Below the pieces are notes generated by a model that did no database searches, was not told the origin of the DNA, and saw only the letters and a program-made list of their open reading frames with translations. From the NCBI GenBank assembly GCA_014905635.1, contig JABVCE010000042.1, forward strand, positions 1 to 64,000: a stretch of 64,000 nt of DNA, read 5' to 3'. The stretch comes from Scenedesmus sp. PABB004 (lineage: Eukaryota). Every line of letters starts with the position of its first letter. Position 1 is the stretch's first letter. The translations under genes and the position numbers were made by a program. Shown in pieces: positions 47,501 to 59,675 of this stretch.

Positions 47501-47640
47501 AGTTTATCGAGTCGCACCTCGCCCGCTGGTCGCCCAACGGCCCCAGCGGCGGCGGCGGCACCGCGACCGCGGCCGCCGCGCCCGCCACGGCGCGCGGCCA
47601 GCAGCAGCCCGGCGCCAACGGGCGCCAGGAGCGGCAGTGA
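41518..47640 (+). CDS. Long coiled-coil protein, possibly plastid-targeted; many exons, start approximate
   Basis: Exons rich in E/Q/A/L/K heptads (LEELLEVKEALQEQLDAANAQL, EVAALKAQLEAQKKELEE, LRGQVAELQVKLAEQ), mostly phase-0 introns; R/A/S/P-rich start MLGTSRPRAAHG; TGA at 47638-47640. Confidence 0.75.
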
Positions 47641-48155
47641 GCCCGTGTGTGTGTGGGAAGGGGGGGGGGCACGCGGGGGCTTCCGGCACTGTACAGAAGG
47701 CGGCGGCTGCGCGCGTGCGCGGCGGGGCTAGGGTCGGGGGCGAGCCGGGAGCGCGCCGGAGTCGTGGTCGGGGCCTGCGAGCGTGAGTGTTGCGTCTTGT
47801 GTGTGGCCCGCCCCTCTCATGGGCGCGCCGGGCTGGCGGGCGGGCGGCGGCAGGGCTGGCGGCGGCGAAGAAGAGAGCTGTGTGCAGGGGCGCGCGCTTG
47901 TGATCAGGGCGCCACTGCGCTTGCAAACGGGCCGCGCGGCGTGGTTTTGACGAGCGGGCGGCGCCGCGGGCCTGTCGACCTCCGCAGTACCCAGCATCCA
48001 GTCACTCCGGCAGCCGAGAGCGGACAGCGGCGGTCTGCTTTGCTGCCCAAGACCGCCACCCCGCGGCGGCAGCAGCAGCAGCAGCCGCAGCAGCCGCAGC
48101 ACCCAGCGCCAGGCCCAGCGCGAGCTGCCCGCGCAGAGGGCGTGGTCGCTGCAGC

Positions 48156-49636
48156 ATGTGGCCCGCGCAGCTCGCGCACGCGGCGCGGCTGCAGGCCGGC
48201 AGCAGCGGCGGCGCGGCCGGCGGCTGCTGCAGGCGCGCGCAGAGCGCAGCCGCAGCCGCGCGCTCGGCCCCAGCAGCCGCGGCTGGGCTGGCGGCAACTC
48301 AGCGTGGGGCCGCGGCCGGCCGCCGGGGGTCGTGCCGGGCCGCCGCTGCTGCTGTGGCGGCCACGCCCCCACAGCAGTCGGCGGCGGTCGAGCCCGGCGG
48401 CACCTCAAGCGCGGTGGAGCCCGCCACCGAGGCGCGGCTGTACGCCCTTTACGACTACGTCGCCGCGCACGGCAGCCTGCCGCCGCTGCAGGCGCAGCAC
48501 CGGGGCGTGCCGGTCGGGCGCTGGGCGGAGGAGTGCAGGTGCGGGGCTTGCGCGCGAGCGGCGGCGGCGGCGCAGCGCGGCGCAGCGCGGCGCAGCGCGG
48601 GCGGCGCGCCTGCAGCAGAGCTCCGCCGCTGCCCCGCAGGCGCGCGCACGCGGCGCAGGAGCTGGAGCCGCGCCTCGCCGAGGCGCTGGCGTCGGTGCCG
48701 GGCTGGGCGTGGGCGCCGCAGACGGCGAAGCTGGCGGAGCACTTCTCCGCGGCGGTGCAGCAGCTGCAGGCGTACCAGCGCACGCACGGGCGGCTGCCGC
48801 CGACGCGGGTCAACGCCAAGCGCGCGCAGGGCAGCGCGGAGACCGCGGCCGCGACGGCGCTGTGCCGGCAGGTGCGCGCCCGCGCGGCGCGCCGCCCGCC
48901 GGCGGAGCGTCCTGCGCCCGCGGCGCTTGGGCCGCGCGCCGGCGCCGCTCGGCCCTCAAGACCCGACCCGCCGCCGCCCGCAGCTCATGGAGCAGCGCCG
49001 GCGCGGCGTGCTGACACAGCAGCAGGTCGACGCCGTGAGCGCGGCGCTGCCGGGCTGGCGCTGGGACGTGCGCGTGCGCTCGCCGCCGCTCGACGGCCTG
49101 CTGGTCGAGCTGCGCGCGTTTGCGGCGCGCGAGGGCCGCCTGCCGCGGCAGGACGAGGTGCGCGCGGGGCGGTGGCGGGCTCGCGCGCAGCGGGCGGCGC
49201 AGCTGCGCGCGGCGCGGGCTGACCGCTCCCCTCGCCTCCCTCCTCCGCCCCCCCCCCTTCTCTGCGCCCTGGGCAGAAGCTGGCCGGGGGCTTCCTCATT
49301 GGTGAGTGGTGCGCCGCGCGACGCGGCGAGCACGCGCGCGGGTGGCTCGAGCCGGACGTTGCCGACGCGATCGCCGCCGGCGTGCCGGGGTGGGCCTGGT
49401 CCCCCGCCGACGCGGCGTTCGAGGCCAACCTGGCGCTGCTGCACGCCTTCGTCGCGGCGCACGGGCGCATGCCGAGCCAGCGCGAGGAGCACGGCGGCGT
49501 GCGGATCGGCGCCTGGTGCAACAAGCGGCGCCTGCAGTGGAAGCAGGGCGGCCTGCCCGCCGACCGCGCGGCGGCGCTGGAGGGCGTGCCGGGCTGGTGG
49601 TGGAGCTCGAGCGACTGGGGTGAGGAGGAGGCGTGA
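48156..49636 (+). CDS. Helicase-associated (HA) domain repeat protein, about 4 repeats, no helicase core
   Basis: RLYALYDYVAAHGSLPP..VGRWAEECR..LASVPGWAW; LRAFAAREGRLP; FEANLALLHAFVAAHGRMPSQREEHGGVRIGAWCNKRR..LEGVPGWWW. Confidence 0.8.
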
Positions 49637-50109
49637 GGCGCCGCCGGCGCCCCGCGCGCGGTGCCCGCTCGCGGCCGCGGCCGCTGCGCTTTTGTGACAA
49701 GCGCCAGCCGGCCTCGCGCGCTCGCGTCCGCGCCACTTGAGCACTCGCCGAGCCTTCGCAGCCGCAGCCGACACAGGGTGAGCGCGGTGCTGGCCGGCCG
49801 GCGCCCAGTAGGGGGAGCCCCGCGCGCTCGCGGCCCGCGGCGGCCTGGCGCGCCCGCCCGACAGCTCCCCCAACCAGCAGTCAGCTGTGAGCGCCAGCGC
49901 GGGGCAATTGGCGCCCGCGCGCGGGGGTGCAGCACGAGAGCAGCACGGGGCGACGTGGCGCGCCAGGGCCGCCAGGAGCTCCGCGGCCTGCCCGACGCGC
50001 CTCACTCGCGCGCCGCCTCACGCCCGCGCAGGCAGCGCGCCCCGAGCGCCGTCCGCACGGTGGCGCGAGCAGCGCCGGGTCCGACACCGCGTCGGCGGCA
50101 GCGAGAGCA

Positions 50110-53100
50110 ATGGCGGCGGCGCTCGCGCCGTGCGCTGGAGGCGGCGCGCTCGCCAGCCCGACGCGCGGCAGCCCGGGCAAGCAGGCGCCGCGCGGCAGCC
50201 CCGTGCGGCCACTGCCGCCGCCCGCGCTGAGCGGCCTCGGCCGGCGCTGCGCGGCGGCGCTCGCGAGCGCGGCGCCGCCCGCGCCGCGCTCGCCGCGCTC
50301 GCCGGCGCGCCGGCAGTGCTTCGTGCCGCGCGCGAGCAGCAGCAGCGCCGCGAGCGGCAGCGGCCAGGTGGGCCCGCCGCCGGGCGGCGAGCAGCCCGGC
50401 AGCCGCGCGCGCAGCCCGAGCCCCGCCGCGGCGTCACAGCAGCAGCAGCAGCAGTCGCAGCAGCAGTCGCAGCAGCAGTCGCAGCCGCCCGCCGCGGGCG
50501 CGCCCGGCGCGGCGGGGCAGCTGCCGCCGGCGGTGCTGCCCGCGCTGGGGCGGCTGCCCGCGGGCGGCGCGGCGCCGCAGGCGGCGGCCGAGGCCGAGGC
50601 GGCCGCGGCCGTGCGGGCGACGGCGAGCGTCGCAGACTTTAGCGAGGGCGCGCCGGCGGACAGCCCCGCGCACGGCGGTGGCGCGGCGCCGGTGGGCGAG
50701 CTGGGCGCGCTCTTTGACGCGCTGCAGGCGCAGGTCGACGGCGGCGCGCCGCCCCGCGCGCTCGCCGCGAGCCTGATGGGCGCGGTGCAGCTCGCGGCGG
50801 CGGACCGGCTGCCCGTCGCCGCCCTCATGCCGGCGCGGCGGCTGCCGCTGCTGCTCGGCCTGCTGCGCGGCGAGCCGAGCGTCGCGGTGCTGTCGGCGGA
50901 GGTGCTGTGCCGCGTGTGCGCGCAGGAGCTGGGGCCCTGGGCGGCGCAGCTCGCGCCGGCCGTGCCCGCGCTGCTCGCCGTCGTGCGCGACGCGGCGGCG
51001 CCCGGCGCGGCGCCGAGCGGCGGCGACGCCGCCGGCGCCAAGGGCGTGCCGCTGCTGTTCTTCGCGGTCAGCGCCCTGGTGCGGCTCAGCAGCGTGGAGG
51101 CGCTCGCGCGGGCCATCGTCGCCGGCGGGGGCGTCGCCGCGCTCGTCAGCGCGCTGCGCGTCGCGCCGCCCGCGGTCTGCCAGGTGGGTGGCTCTCGCGG
51201 GCGCGCGCGGCCCGGCGCGCTGTGCGCCTCCCCGCAGTGGGCGCGGCTGTACGCGCGCCGCCCGGCCTGAGCCCTGAGCCCTGAGCCCTGAGCCCTGAGC
51301 CCTGAGCCCTGAGCCCTGAGCCCTGAGCCCTGAGCCCTGAGCCCTGAGCCCTGAGCCCTGCGCCCTCAACCCCGCAGGTGACCACGTTCAGCCTCTTCCG
51401 GCTCATGCGGGAGGTGGACGGCGACCTCAGCGAGGAGGAGCTGGCGGCGTGGAGCCCCGTGGGCCGCGGCGGCGGCGGCGGCGGCGCCAGCGCCGTCGCC
51501 GCGCAGGCGGCGCGGCTGTGGAGCCCGAGCGAGGACACGGACGAGAGCATCAGCGGCGAGCTGCTGCTGCTGCAGTACGTCCGCGCCGGCGCGTTCACCA
51601 AGCTCTGCGCAATCCTGGGCGAGGTGCGGCGCGGCCTGGGGACGCCGGCGCGGCGCGGCGCGCGGCGGCGCTGCGCGCCCGCGACCGCGCTCACCTGCTG
51701 CCCCCCCCCCCCCCCCGCGCCGCGCAGGTGCGGGAGGGCTCGGCGCACGAGCTGGCGTTCAGCATGCTGCTGTCGCTGGCGCTCATCCCAGAGGTGCAGC
51801 GCCTGGTTGTCGCGCAGGACGAGGTTTCGGCCATCGTGAAGGTGCGGCGGCGGCGAGCCCGGGCGCCCAGCTGCTGGGAGCGCTGCGGGGCGAACGCGCG
51901 CCGACCGCGCGCTCCGCCGCACGCAGGTGCTGGCGACGAGCGCCTGCCCGGCGACGCGGCTCGAGGCGGCGCTGGTGCTGGCGCGCCTCGCGGCGCGCTG
52001 CACGCCGGCGCAGCAGGACGCGGTGCGCGAGGGCGCGGTGCCGCGGCTGGTCTCGATGATGCAGGAGGGTGAGTGCTCGCGCCTGCCTGTCTGCGCGCTC
52101 GAGACGAGGTCGGGCCCGGGGCCGTCCGGGCGCCGCGGGGCGGCGCGCCGACGCGCGCGCGGCCGTCCGCCGGCGCCGCCGCCGCCGCAGGCACCGACGA
52201 CGAGCGCTGCCACGCGGCGCGCCTGCTCGCCATCCTGGGCCAGCACGGCTCCACACACCAGGTCATCATGCAGGCCGGCGCGCTGCCGGTGGTGCTCCAG
52301 CTGCTGCGCGACCGCGGCGCCCGCGCGGCGCCGCGCGCTGCGCGCGGCCCGCCGCCCACCTCGGGCGACGTGGCCGGCGGCGACGCCGGCGCGGCGGCGC
52401 CGCCCGCGCCCGCGCCCGTGGCCGCGGCCGCGTCGGCGGCGGGGCGCACGTCGCACGTGTGGGCTACCGCCCAGGCGGTGTACCATACTGCTGTCGCGGC
52501 CGGCATGACCAGCGAGGAGGCGAGCAGCGCGGCGGCCGCCGCAGCCGCGGCGGCGGCCAACGCGCCGGCGCTGGACCACGACGAGGCCGGCGCCACGGTG
52601 CCCGTGGCGGCCGTGGCGGCCGTGGCGCCCGTGGTCGCGCACGTGGCGGTGCCCAGCGACGGCGCGGAGTCGCCGCCGCCGCCGCCGCCGAGCAGCCCGC
52701 GCGGCGACGGCGACGGCGCGGGCGGCGTCGGCGGCGTGGGCCCGGAGCTGGTGCTGGAGCAGGCGGTCGGCGTGGCGTGCATGCTGTCTCACAACCCGGA
52801 CAACCACTTCACCATGGTCGGCGAGGGCCTGGTGCCGCTGCTGGTGGCGCTGCTGCACAAGGGTGAGCGGTGGAGGGGGGGGGCGGGCGCGCGCGGCGAC
52901 GGAGGGCGCGGGGCGGGGTACGCCGCCGCGCCGGGCGTGGCGCGGGGTGGGGCTCCCGCTCAGCTGCTGCCGGCGTCGCCGCCGCCGCAGACACGCCGAG
53001 CAAGACGTTGACCTACTGCCTGGCCAGCCTGCTGATGCTGGCCACGGCCGAGCCGCGCCACGCCGCGGTCGTCGCGCGCACGGGTGCGCCCCCGCCGCCG

Positions 53101-54444
53101 CCGCCGCCGCGCCGCGCTGCCTGCGCGCCGGCGCGCGCCGACGCCCGCCCGCCGCCGCGCCTGTTCGACGCGCCCGGTGCCCAGGCGCGGTGACGCTGCT
53201 GGTCAACGTCGCGCGCGAGTGCCGGCACAAGCCGATCAACCGCGAGCTCTCGGCCGCGCTGCTGGGCGTGCTGTGCCGCAGCCCCGACGTGCAGGTCGAG
53301 GTGGTGGCATCGGGCGGCATTCCCGCGCTCGCGCGCCTGCTCGGCGAGGGCACCGACGGCGCGCGCTGCTACGCGTGCGAGGCGCTCGCCCAGATCGCGG
53401 CGGCGTCGGACGTGCGCTGCCGCCTCGTCGTGCGCGCGGGCGCGCTCGCGCCGCTGCGCGGCCTGCTCGCACCGGGGAGCAGCTCGCTCGCGCTGCTGTG
53501 GGGCGCGCGGCTGCTCAAGGCGCTCACGCAGGTGCGCGACGCGCGCGCGCTGCTGGAGCGCTGCCGGCCGCGCCGCGCACACGCGCACGCGGGGGGCCCG
53601 GAGGCCGTGCCGCGCTGCGCCGCCGCTCACACGCACACGGTCGCCGCGGCACGCACGCCCCCCTGCTTGCTTTCCCTGCCACCAGGACCGTGCGTCTCTC
53701 AAGGAGATTGTTGAGACCAGCGGGCTGCTGCCGCTGCTGCCCGAGGTGCTCTCGCGGCGCGCCGGCGACGCGGCGTGGCCGGCGGCTCCGCCCGCCGGGG
53801 GCGCGGCCCGCGGTGGCGGCGGCGCGCCGCTCGCCGAGCCCGGCGCGCCCGCGCTGCCCGCTCCGCTGTCGGCGGGCGAGGCGTCGGGGGCCTGGCTGGA
53901 GGAGGGCCCCGGCGGCAAGGCGGCGTCGCCAGACCCGGAGCTCGAGCGCGCGCAGGCGCAGCTGGCGTGGGTCGTCGCGGCGCTCGCCGGGGACCGGCTC
54001 ACGCGGTGTGTGTTTGCGCGCGCGCGCGCGCGCGCGCTGCGCACCCCGCGCCCGGCGCCGCGCACACCCCGCGCGCTGGCTCACGCCCGCCGCCGCCGGC
54101 TCGCGTCCGTGCGCAGGCGCGCCGTGGCCGAGGCGGGCGGCGCGCTCGTGCGGCCACTCGTGGGTCTGCTGCACGACGCGCAGGCGGGGCGCGGCGGCGG
54201 CTACACGCTGCCGGAGCTGCTCGAGGGCCTGGCCAACTGCCGCCAGGCCGCCGCGGGCGCCGCGCTGCGCGCGCTGTCGCGCGCCGACGACCGTGCGGCG
54301 TCGGCGATCAACGCCGAGCTCGCGCTGCAGCTCTGGCTCGGCCGGCGCGTGGAGCTGCCGGCGCTCGTCGAGGACTGGCCGCCGTCGGTGCCGGGGTGGT
54401 GGATCGATGCCCTCGGAGACGACGAGCCCTGGGGCCCGCTCTGA
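50110..54444 (+). CDS. Armadillo-repeat protein; spliced
   Basis: Repeated ARM signatures IVAGGGVAALVSAL, VREGAVPRLVSMM, IMQAGALPVVLQLL, VVASGGIPALARLL, VVRAGALAPLRGLL; TGA at 54442-54444. Confidence 0.85.
51266..51360. repeat. (CCCTGAG)n array, about 13.5 copies, intronic telomere-variant-like heptamer
   Basis: Perfect heptamer array ending ~17 nt before the acceptor at 51377; shorter copies at 35955-35982 and degenerate ones at ~18860-18905. Confidence 0.95.
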
Positions 54445-55212
54445 GCGCGGCGCGGCAGCTCCGTGGCGGCTTGCACGTGGCGGCTGTCGCGGCATTCGTT
54501 GGGCGGGGAGGGGAGGGACAAAGATGGCTGCTCTCTCTCTCCCTGCGCAGGCGGCCGCGCAGCTGCGGCGCCGTCCACGTCCTGGGATCAATCTGGCCGA
54601 GCGCGGGGCGGCCTCGCGCAGCCGCAGGCGGCCGCCCGCCAGTGCGGCGCGGCGGCGAATAAGGCGGGCGGCCATGCGGCCGGCAGCCTGCACAGCAAGC
54701 AGCACACCTCACCAGGCAGGGCGGCGCGCACGCGCGCCGCGTGAGGCGCGCGGCCTCCCACCGCCGCCCAGCGGCCGTGTACACAGATTTTGTTTTGCAG
54801 CCGGCAAGCGCAGGCGTAGTAGCTGGAGGGGGGCGCGAGTGCAGCAGCCTGCACCCGCCCGGTAGATATATCCGCGCGAGGACGGACTCGTTGCTGCCGG
54901 CGGCGGCGGCGGCGTGCGCGCGCGGCGGGCCAGCGCCCGGCTGGCGCGCGGGGGCGGGGCTGGACTTGGCGCGGGCGCGACGGCGCGCGCAGCAGCAGCA
55001 GGATGGCGCGCGGGGATGCGACGCGGCGGCGAGTAACGCGGGCCGTCGGCCCTCGCGTCACACGCGCTTGACGCCCAACCTGGGCCAGATCCGCGCACCG
55101 CGCCGCCACGGCCCTGCCGCACCCCGCCAGCGGCGCGACCCCGACTGCGCGCGCCTTGCCCCGCCGGCGGCCCGTGAGCAGCGCAGCTCCGCTCAGCTCA
55201 GCTCAGCTCAGC

Positions 55213-58200
55213 TCAGGTCCAGGTGTTGCGGTCGCGCAGGCAGTCCAGCATGACCCACTCCACCGCCTGCGCCACGCTCACCACCTTGGTATACCTGTGG
55301 CGCGCAGGCGCGGCGCGCGCGGCGCGGTCAGGGGGGCGGGCGCGGCGGCCGGCGCGTGGCTGGGCGGCGGGGCCTGGCGCGGCGCGGCACGCATCAGCCC
55401 CCGCGGCGGGGCCGAGCCGACGCTCACCAGTTGCCGAGGAATCGGTGCATGTAGGGGTCCTGTGGGAGGGAGGGGGCACCGAGGGCGGGTGGTGCGGGGG
55501 GTGAGGGAGGGCGCGGGGGCGCGCGTGGTGGGCGGGCCGCGCGTGCCGGCGGCGGGCGGCCACCCGCGGGAGTCGGGCCCGCCGCGTGCGACAACCCCTC
55601 CTCCCCCTCCCCCGCCGCACCTCGGTCGCCGCGCGCATCGCCGCCGCACCGCCCGGGCCGCCGGCGCCGGGCGGCGCGGCGTCGGCCTTGGCCCGCGCCT
55701 CAACGATCGAGTCACTCGTGAGCACGGGCGAGCGCAGCAGCACCGACCCGGGGCGCGCCCCGTCGCCGCCGCCGCCGCCGCCCGCCGGCTGGGGCTCAAA
55801 GGTCATCGCGCCCTCGCGGATGAACTTTTCGGCGTTGATGTCCGGCGCGGGCGCGTCCGGCCCAAACGCCAGCTCCCAGCCGGCCGCGTCGTAGCGCGCC
55901 GCCGCGCCGGGCGGCACCGCCGCGAGCGCGGCGGCGAGCGCGTCGGCGTTGAGCGCCGCCGCGGTCGTGCCGTCGGCGTACGTGCCGGCCAGGCCGAGCG
56001 CCTGCGCGGGCGCGGCCGGGCGGGAGCGTCTAGGGTTTAGGGTTCGCTCGGCGATCGGCGCTTGGCGCCGCTCGGCTCGCCTCGGCGATGGCCTGAGGGC
56101 GCTTGAGCTTCAGCCAGTACTCCGGCGCGGCGGGGCGGCTGTTGGGCAGGGCGTCGCGCGGGCGCACGAGGTTTGGCAGCGCGAGCAGCGCGTGGACCAG
56201 CACGACGACGCTGCCGTCGGGCTGCGGGCTCAGCAGGGGCTGGTTGTAGAGCAGACCCTGCGTGGGTGGGGGTGTGGGTGGGAGCAGTGCGTGGGAGCAG
56301 CGCGTGGGAGCAGCGCGTGGGCGTGAAAGGTGTGCGGGCGCGCGTCGAGGGCGCGTGGAGCGCGCGGAGCGGCAGGCTGCGCGGCGGCGGGGGGGCCCCG
56401 CCCCGCCCCGCGTCGCCCCGCGCCGCACCTCGACGTCGGTGTGCGTGCACACGACGACGCGCAGGCGCGCGAGCGCCTCGCGCGGCAGGCTGGACGCGAG
56501 CTTGAGCTGCGCCGCCGCGACAAAGCGCTCCGCCTTGGCGACCACGCCCGGGTGCAGCGCCGCCGACACGCGCGCGCCCGCCTCGCGCCGCGCGCCCTGC
56601 AGCAGCCGCGTGGGCGCGCTGGGCGCGCTGGGGAGGTGCCCGCCGCCGCCCGCGCCGTGCGGGTGCGCGCCGGCGGGCGCGTCGAGGCTCGCGGTCGACT
56701 CGGGGCCGCCCTGCCGGCCGGTCACCCACGCGGCGCAGACGTCGCCCATGCCTGCGGTGCGGCGCGGCGCGGCGGTGCGGTGCGGTGCGGCGCGGCGCGG
56801 CAGGTGTGCGCGTGGTGCGCGCCGCAACGGCCGCCGCCTCCCTTCCCTCCCTCCCCCTCCCCTCCCCTCCCCTCCCCTCCCCCCCCCCTCCCTCCCCCTC
56901 TCCGGCGCGCCTGAGGCCATGACCCAGGGCTCGATGAGCTCCGCCGTCTGCCGGCAGCGCAGCAGCAGCTCGTCGGCCGCCGCGGCCGATGCGCGCCCGC
57001 CCGCCGGCGCGGCGTGGGCGGTCAGGAACGCAGCAATGCACTCCGCGAGCGACGCGGTCGCGGAGGCGTAGGGCACTGTGGCCCTGATGATGTCACCGCG
57101 CTCTGTGTTGAGCACGTTGTTGGACGTCTGCGCGTGGTTGGCGCCCGGGACGAGCACAAACGGCGCCTGCGCCGCGGCAAACCTGGCGCGCGGCGCGCGG
57201 CGCGCGGCGGCGCGGGCGCGGCGCGCACAGCGCATGAGGGGCGAGCGGGGAGCAGGGGGCGGGGAGGGGGGAGGTGCGAGGCGGCGCGGGCGCGGGGGTG
57301 CAGCGCTCGTGATGCGGCAGCGCGTGTCGCACGCACCGCGGGCCGGCCTTCTGCGCGAGCACCGCCGAGTCAACGGCGAGCGGCGCCATCCAGGGCCAGC
57401 GCATCTGGCCGTCCAGCTCGCCAGACAGCGTCAGCACCGGCCTGCGCGCGGTCGCGTGAGCGCGGCACGATGGCGGCGGGTGCGCGCGACGCGCGCTGTG
57501 TGACGGGCCGCGCGCCGCCTCCGCCCCGGGCGCCGCCGCGGCGCGCCCCCGCGGCGCGGGCGGGGCGCGCGCACCGGCCCCAGTCCTCCATGCAGGGCAG
57601 GCGGCCGTGGGTGTAGCGGCCGTCGAAAGTGGACGCGAGCAGCACCAGCCCCGCGACGCCCTTGAACGCGGCGGCCGACAGCGTCACGCCCGCCGCAGAC
57701 TGGGCGCACAGCCAGAGGTTGGTCACGCGGCCTGGGCCCAACGCCGGCGGCGGCGGCGGGGGCGGCGGCGGCGAGGGGCACCGGGCTGGGCTCGGGCCCA
57801 AGAGGGAGGGAGGAGGGCGCGGGCGGCCGGCGGCCAGCGGCCGGTGCACAGGCGCGGCGCGGCGCGGCGCTCACCCCAGCCCGCGGTGCGGGGCTTGAAG
57901 CCCGCCGCCGCGGCCGCGTCCTTCACCTCTGCCAGCAGCGCCTCGATCGCGCCGCCGGTGCACATGAGGTCGTACGCCTGGCGGGGAGCGCGCGGGGTGG
58001 ACAGCAATTGGGGCGAGCGGGCCGCGCGGCGTCGGCCGGCCGCTGCGCCCGCGGCTTGCTTTTGCCCGCACGGGTGCGGCCGGCGCGCCGCTCGTGCGCC
58101 GCCCGGTCCGCGCCTCTGCGTAGGTCTTGCCCGGGTGCGCTGCCATCGTGGCGGCGATGAGACCCTGGTAGTCCAGCGCCATGCACGCCGCCCACAGCCG

Positions 58201-58821
58201 CACGTCGGGCGCGGCGGCCTGCGGACGCGCGGCGCGGCGCGGGGCGGCCGCGGCCGGGCCTCGGGCCTGCGCCCGCCGCCCCTGCTTCCACAGTCACACA
58301 CATTCACGCACACGTCGCACACACGTCGCACGCGCGCACCTGGATGGCCGCAGCCAGGTGCGTGAAGTCGGCGGGGCCGACGGTGAAGCCGGGCGCGATC
58401 ACCAGCAGTGCCTCGCTCTCCGGCGGCGCCGTGTTGCCCGCCGGCGGCGCTGGACGCGGCGCGGCGGCGGCTGCGGCGTGAGCAGGGCGCGCGCGCGCGG
58501 CTCGCCGCCGCGCCGCGCCGCGGCCGCGCACGCACCGAGCACGATGTGCTGCTGCGCCGCCGTCGCCGGCGCGGCCGCGGCGGCGACGCCGCGGCGCGCG
58601 CGCGGCGACAGGTGCGTGGGCAGCATGCCGCCGGCGGCGTGGCGGCGCGCGCGGGCGGCCTGCGCGGGGCGGAGCGGTTGCGGCGGGTGCGCGGCGCTGC
58701 CGCGAGCGCACGCACGCGCGCGAGCGGCGCGCCGCGGCGCCGCGGATCGCGCCTGTGTCGCTGTGGTGGCACCGCCGGCGCCGGCGCCGCGCCGGGCGGT
58801 GGCCAGGGCGCCGCGCTGCAT
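55213..58821 (-). CDS. Alpha/beta-hydrolase-fold protein with C-terminal extension; start at 58821 or 58626
   Basis: LLVIAPGFTV (oxyanion region), LWLCAQSAAG (nucleophile elbow), GLVLLAS, VLTLSGELDG (Asp), VPGANHAQ (His); stop at 55213-55215. Confidence 0.7.
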
Positions 58822-59057
58822 CGCGCGCGTGGCAGCGGCAGCGGCGCGCGTGCGGCGGCGGCGCGTGTGGCGGCGAGCGGGAGCGGCGCGCGATTCGCGG
58901 TGTGGGCACGGGTCGGACAGCTGAGCTGGGCACCTCGAAGGGGCCCGGGCTGCGCTGTGCCCTGGGGCGTGCCGTCTCGCCGTGCCCGTTCGCGTCCCGT
59001 GCTGCCCGCGCCACCTCACTGCTGGTTCCCACCGCAGCGCCACCGCCTCCCCAGCCC

Positions 59058-59675
59058 AGGGAGGACGTGCGCCGCGATCGCCCGCCTGCAGCAGCAGGCG
59101 CAGCAGCAGGCGCAGCAGGCGCAGCAGGCGCAGCAGGCGGGGCAGGCCGGGCAGGCGCAGCAGGCGCAGCAGGCGCAGCAGCAGGCGGGGAGGCGGCCGG
59201 CGGCGCGGGCGACCGCTTCGTGCTGCGCGGCGTCGCGATCGCGACCTGCTGCCACCACCGCTGCGGCTGGCGGGCCTTTGTCGGCAAGGAGGCACTGGCG
59301 GCGCACGGCCTCGGACGGGCCGAGTTTGAGGCCATCGCCTGGCTCAGTAGTTGGGCGGTGTGCGGGCACGAGGCCCCGGCCGCGCTGAGCATGGCGACGG
59401 CGCAGCGCGGCGACGCGGACGCGGGCGCCGGCGCCGGCTACCACCCGGCGCAGCTGCTGGACCGCGAGAGCCGCATGGCGCTGGGGCTGCGCTGCAAGCA
59501 GCTGCTGGACGCCGCGCGCTGCGCGTGGGCGGCCGGCGTGCTCGCGCCAGCGCTCGGGGCGGCGGGCGCCACGCGCGCCGCGGCGGGCGCGCGGCGCGTG
59601 ACGTACGTTGACGAATCGATGACGGGAGAGAACGCGCTGCTGCTGGTGGCCGGCGCTGGCGGGCAGGGCTGCTGA
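59058..59675 (+). pseudogene. TRM13: Isolated C-terminal exon of tRNA:m(4)X methyltransferase TRM13
   Basis: GVAIATCCHHRCGW, WLSSWAVCG, LGLRCKQLLDAAR, YVDESMTGENALL*; no N-terminal Zn fingers or SAM-binding part seen upstream. Confidence 0.7.

Noticed and set aside
51266..51360. Possible CRISPR array (also 36132-36216, 34610-34660, 28190-28235)
   Set aside because: Head-to-tail tandem repeats with no unique spacers, inside eukaryotic introns; no cas genes.
54445..55212. Possible 5' exons of TRM13 with the hydrolase nested in its intron
   Set aside because: No TRM13 Zn-finger or methyltransferase motifs seen in the + frames; reads as convergent 3' UTR/intergenic DNA.
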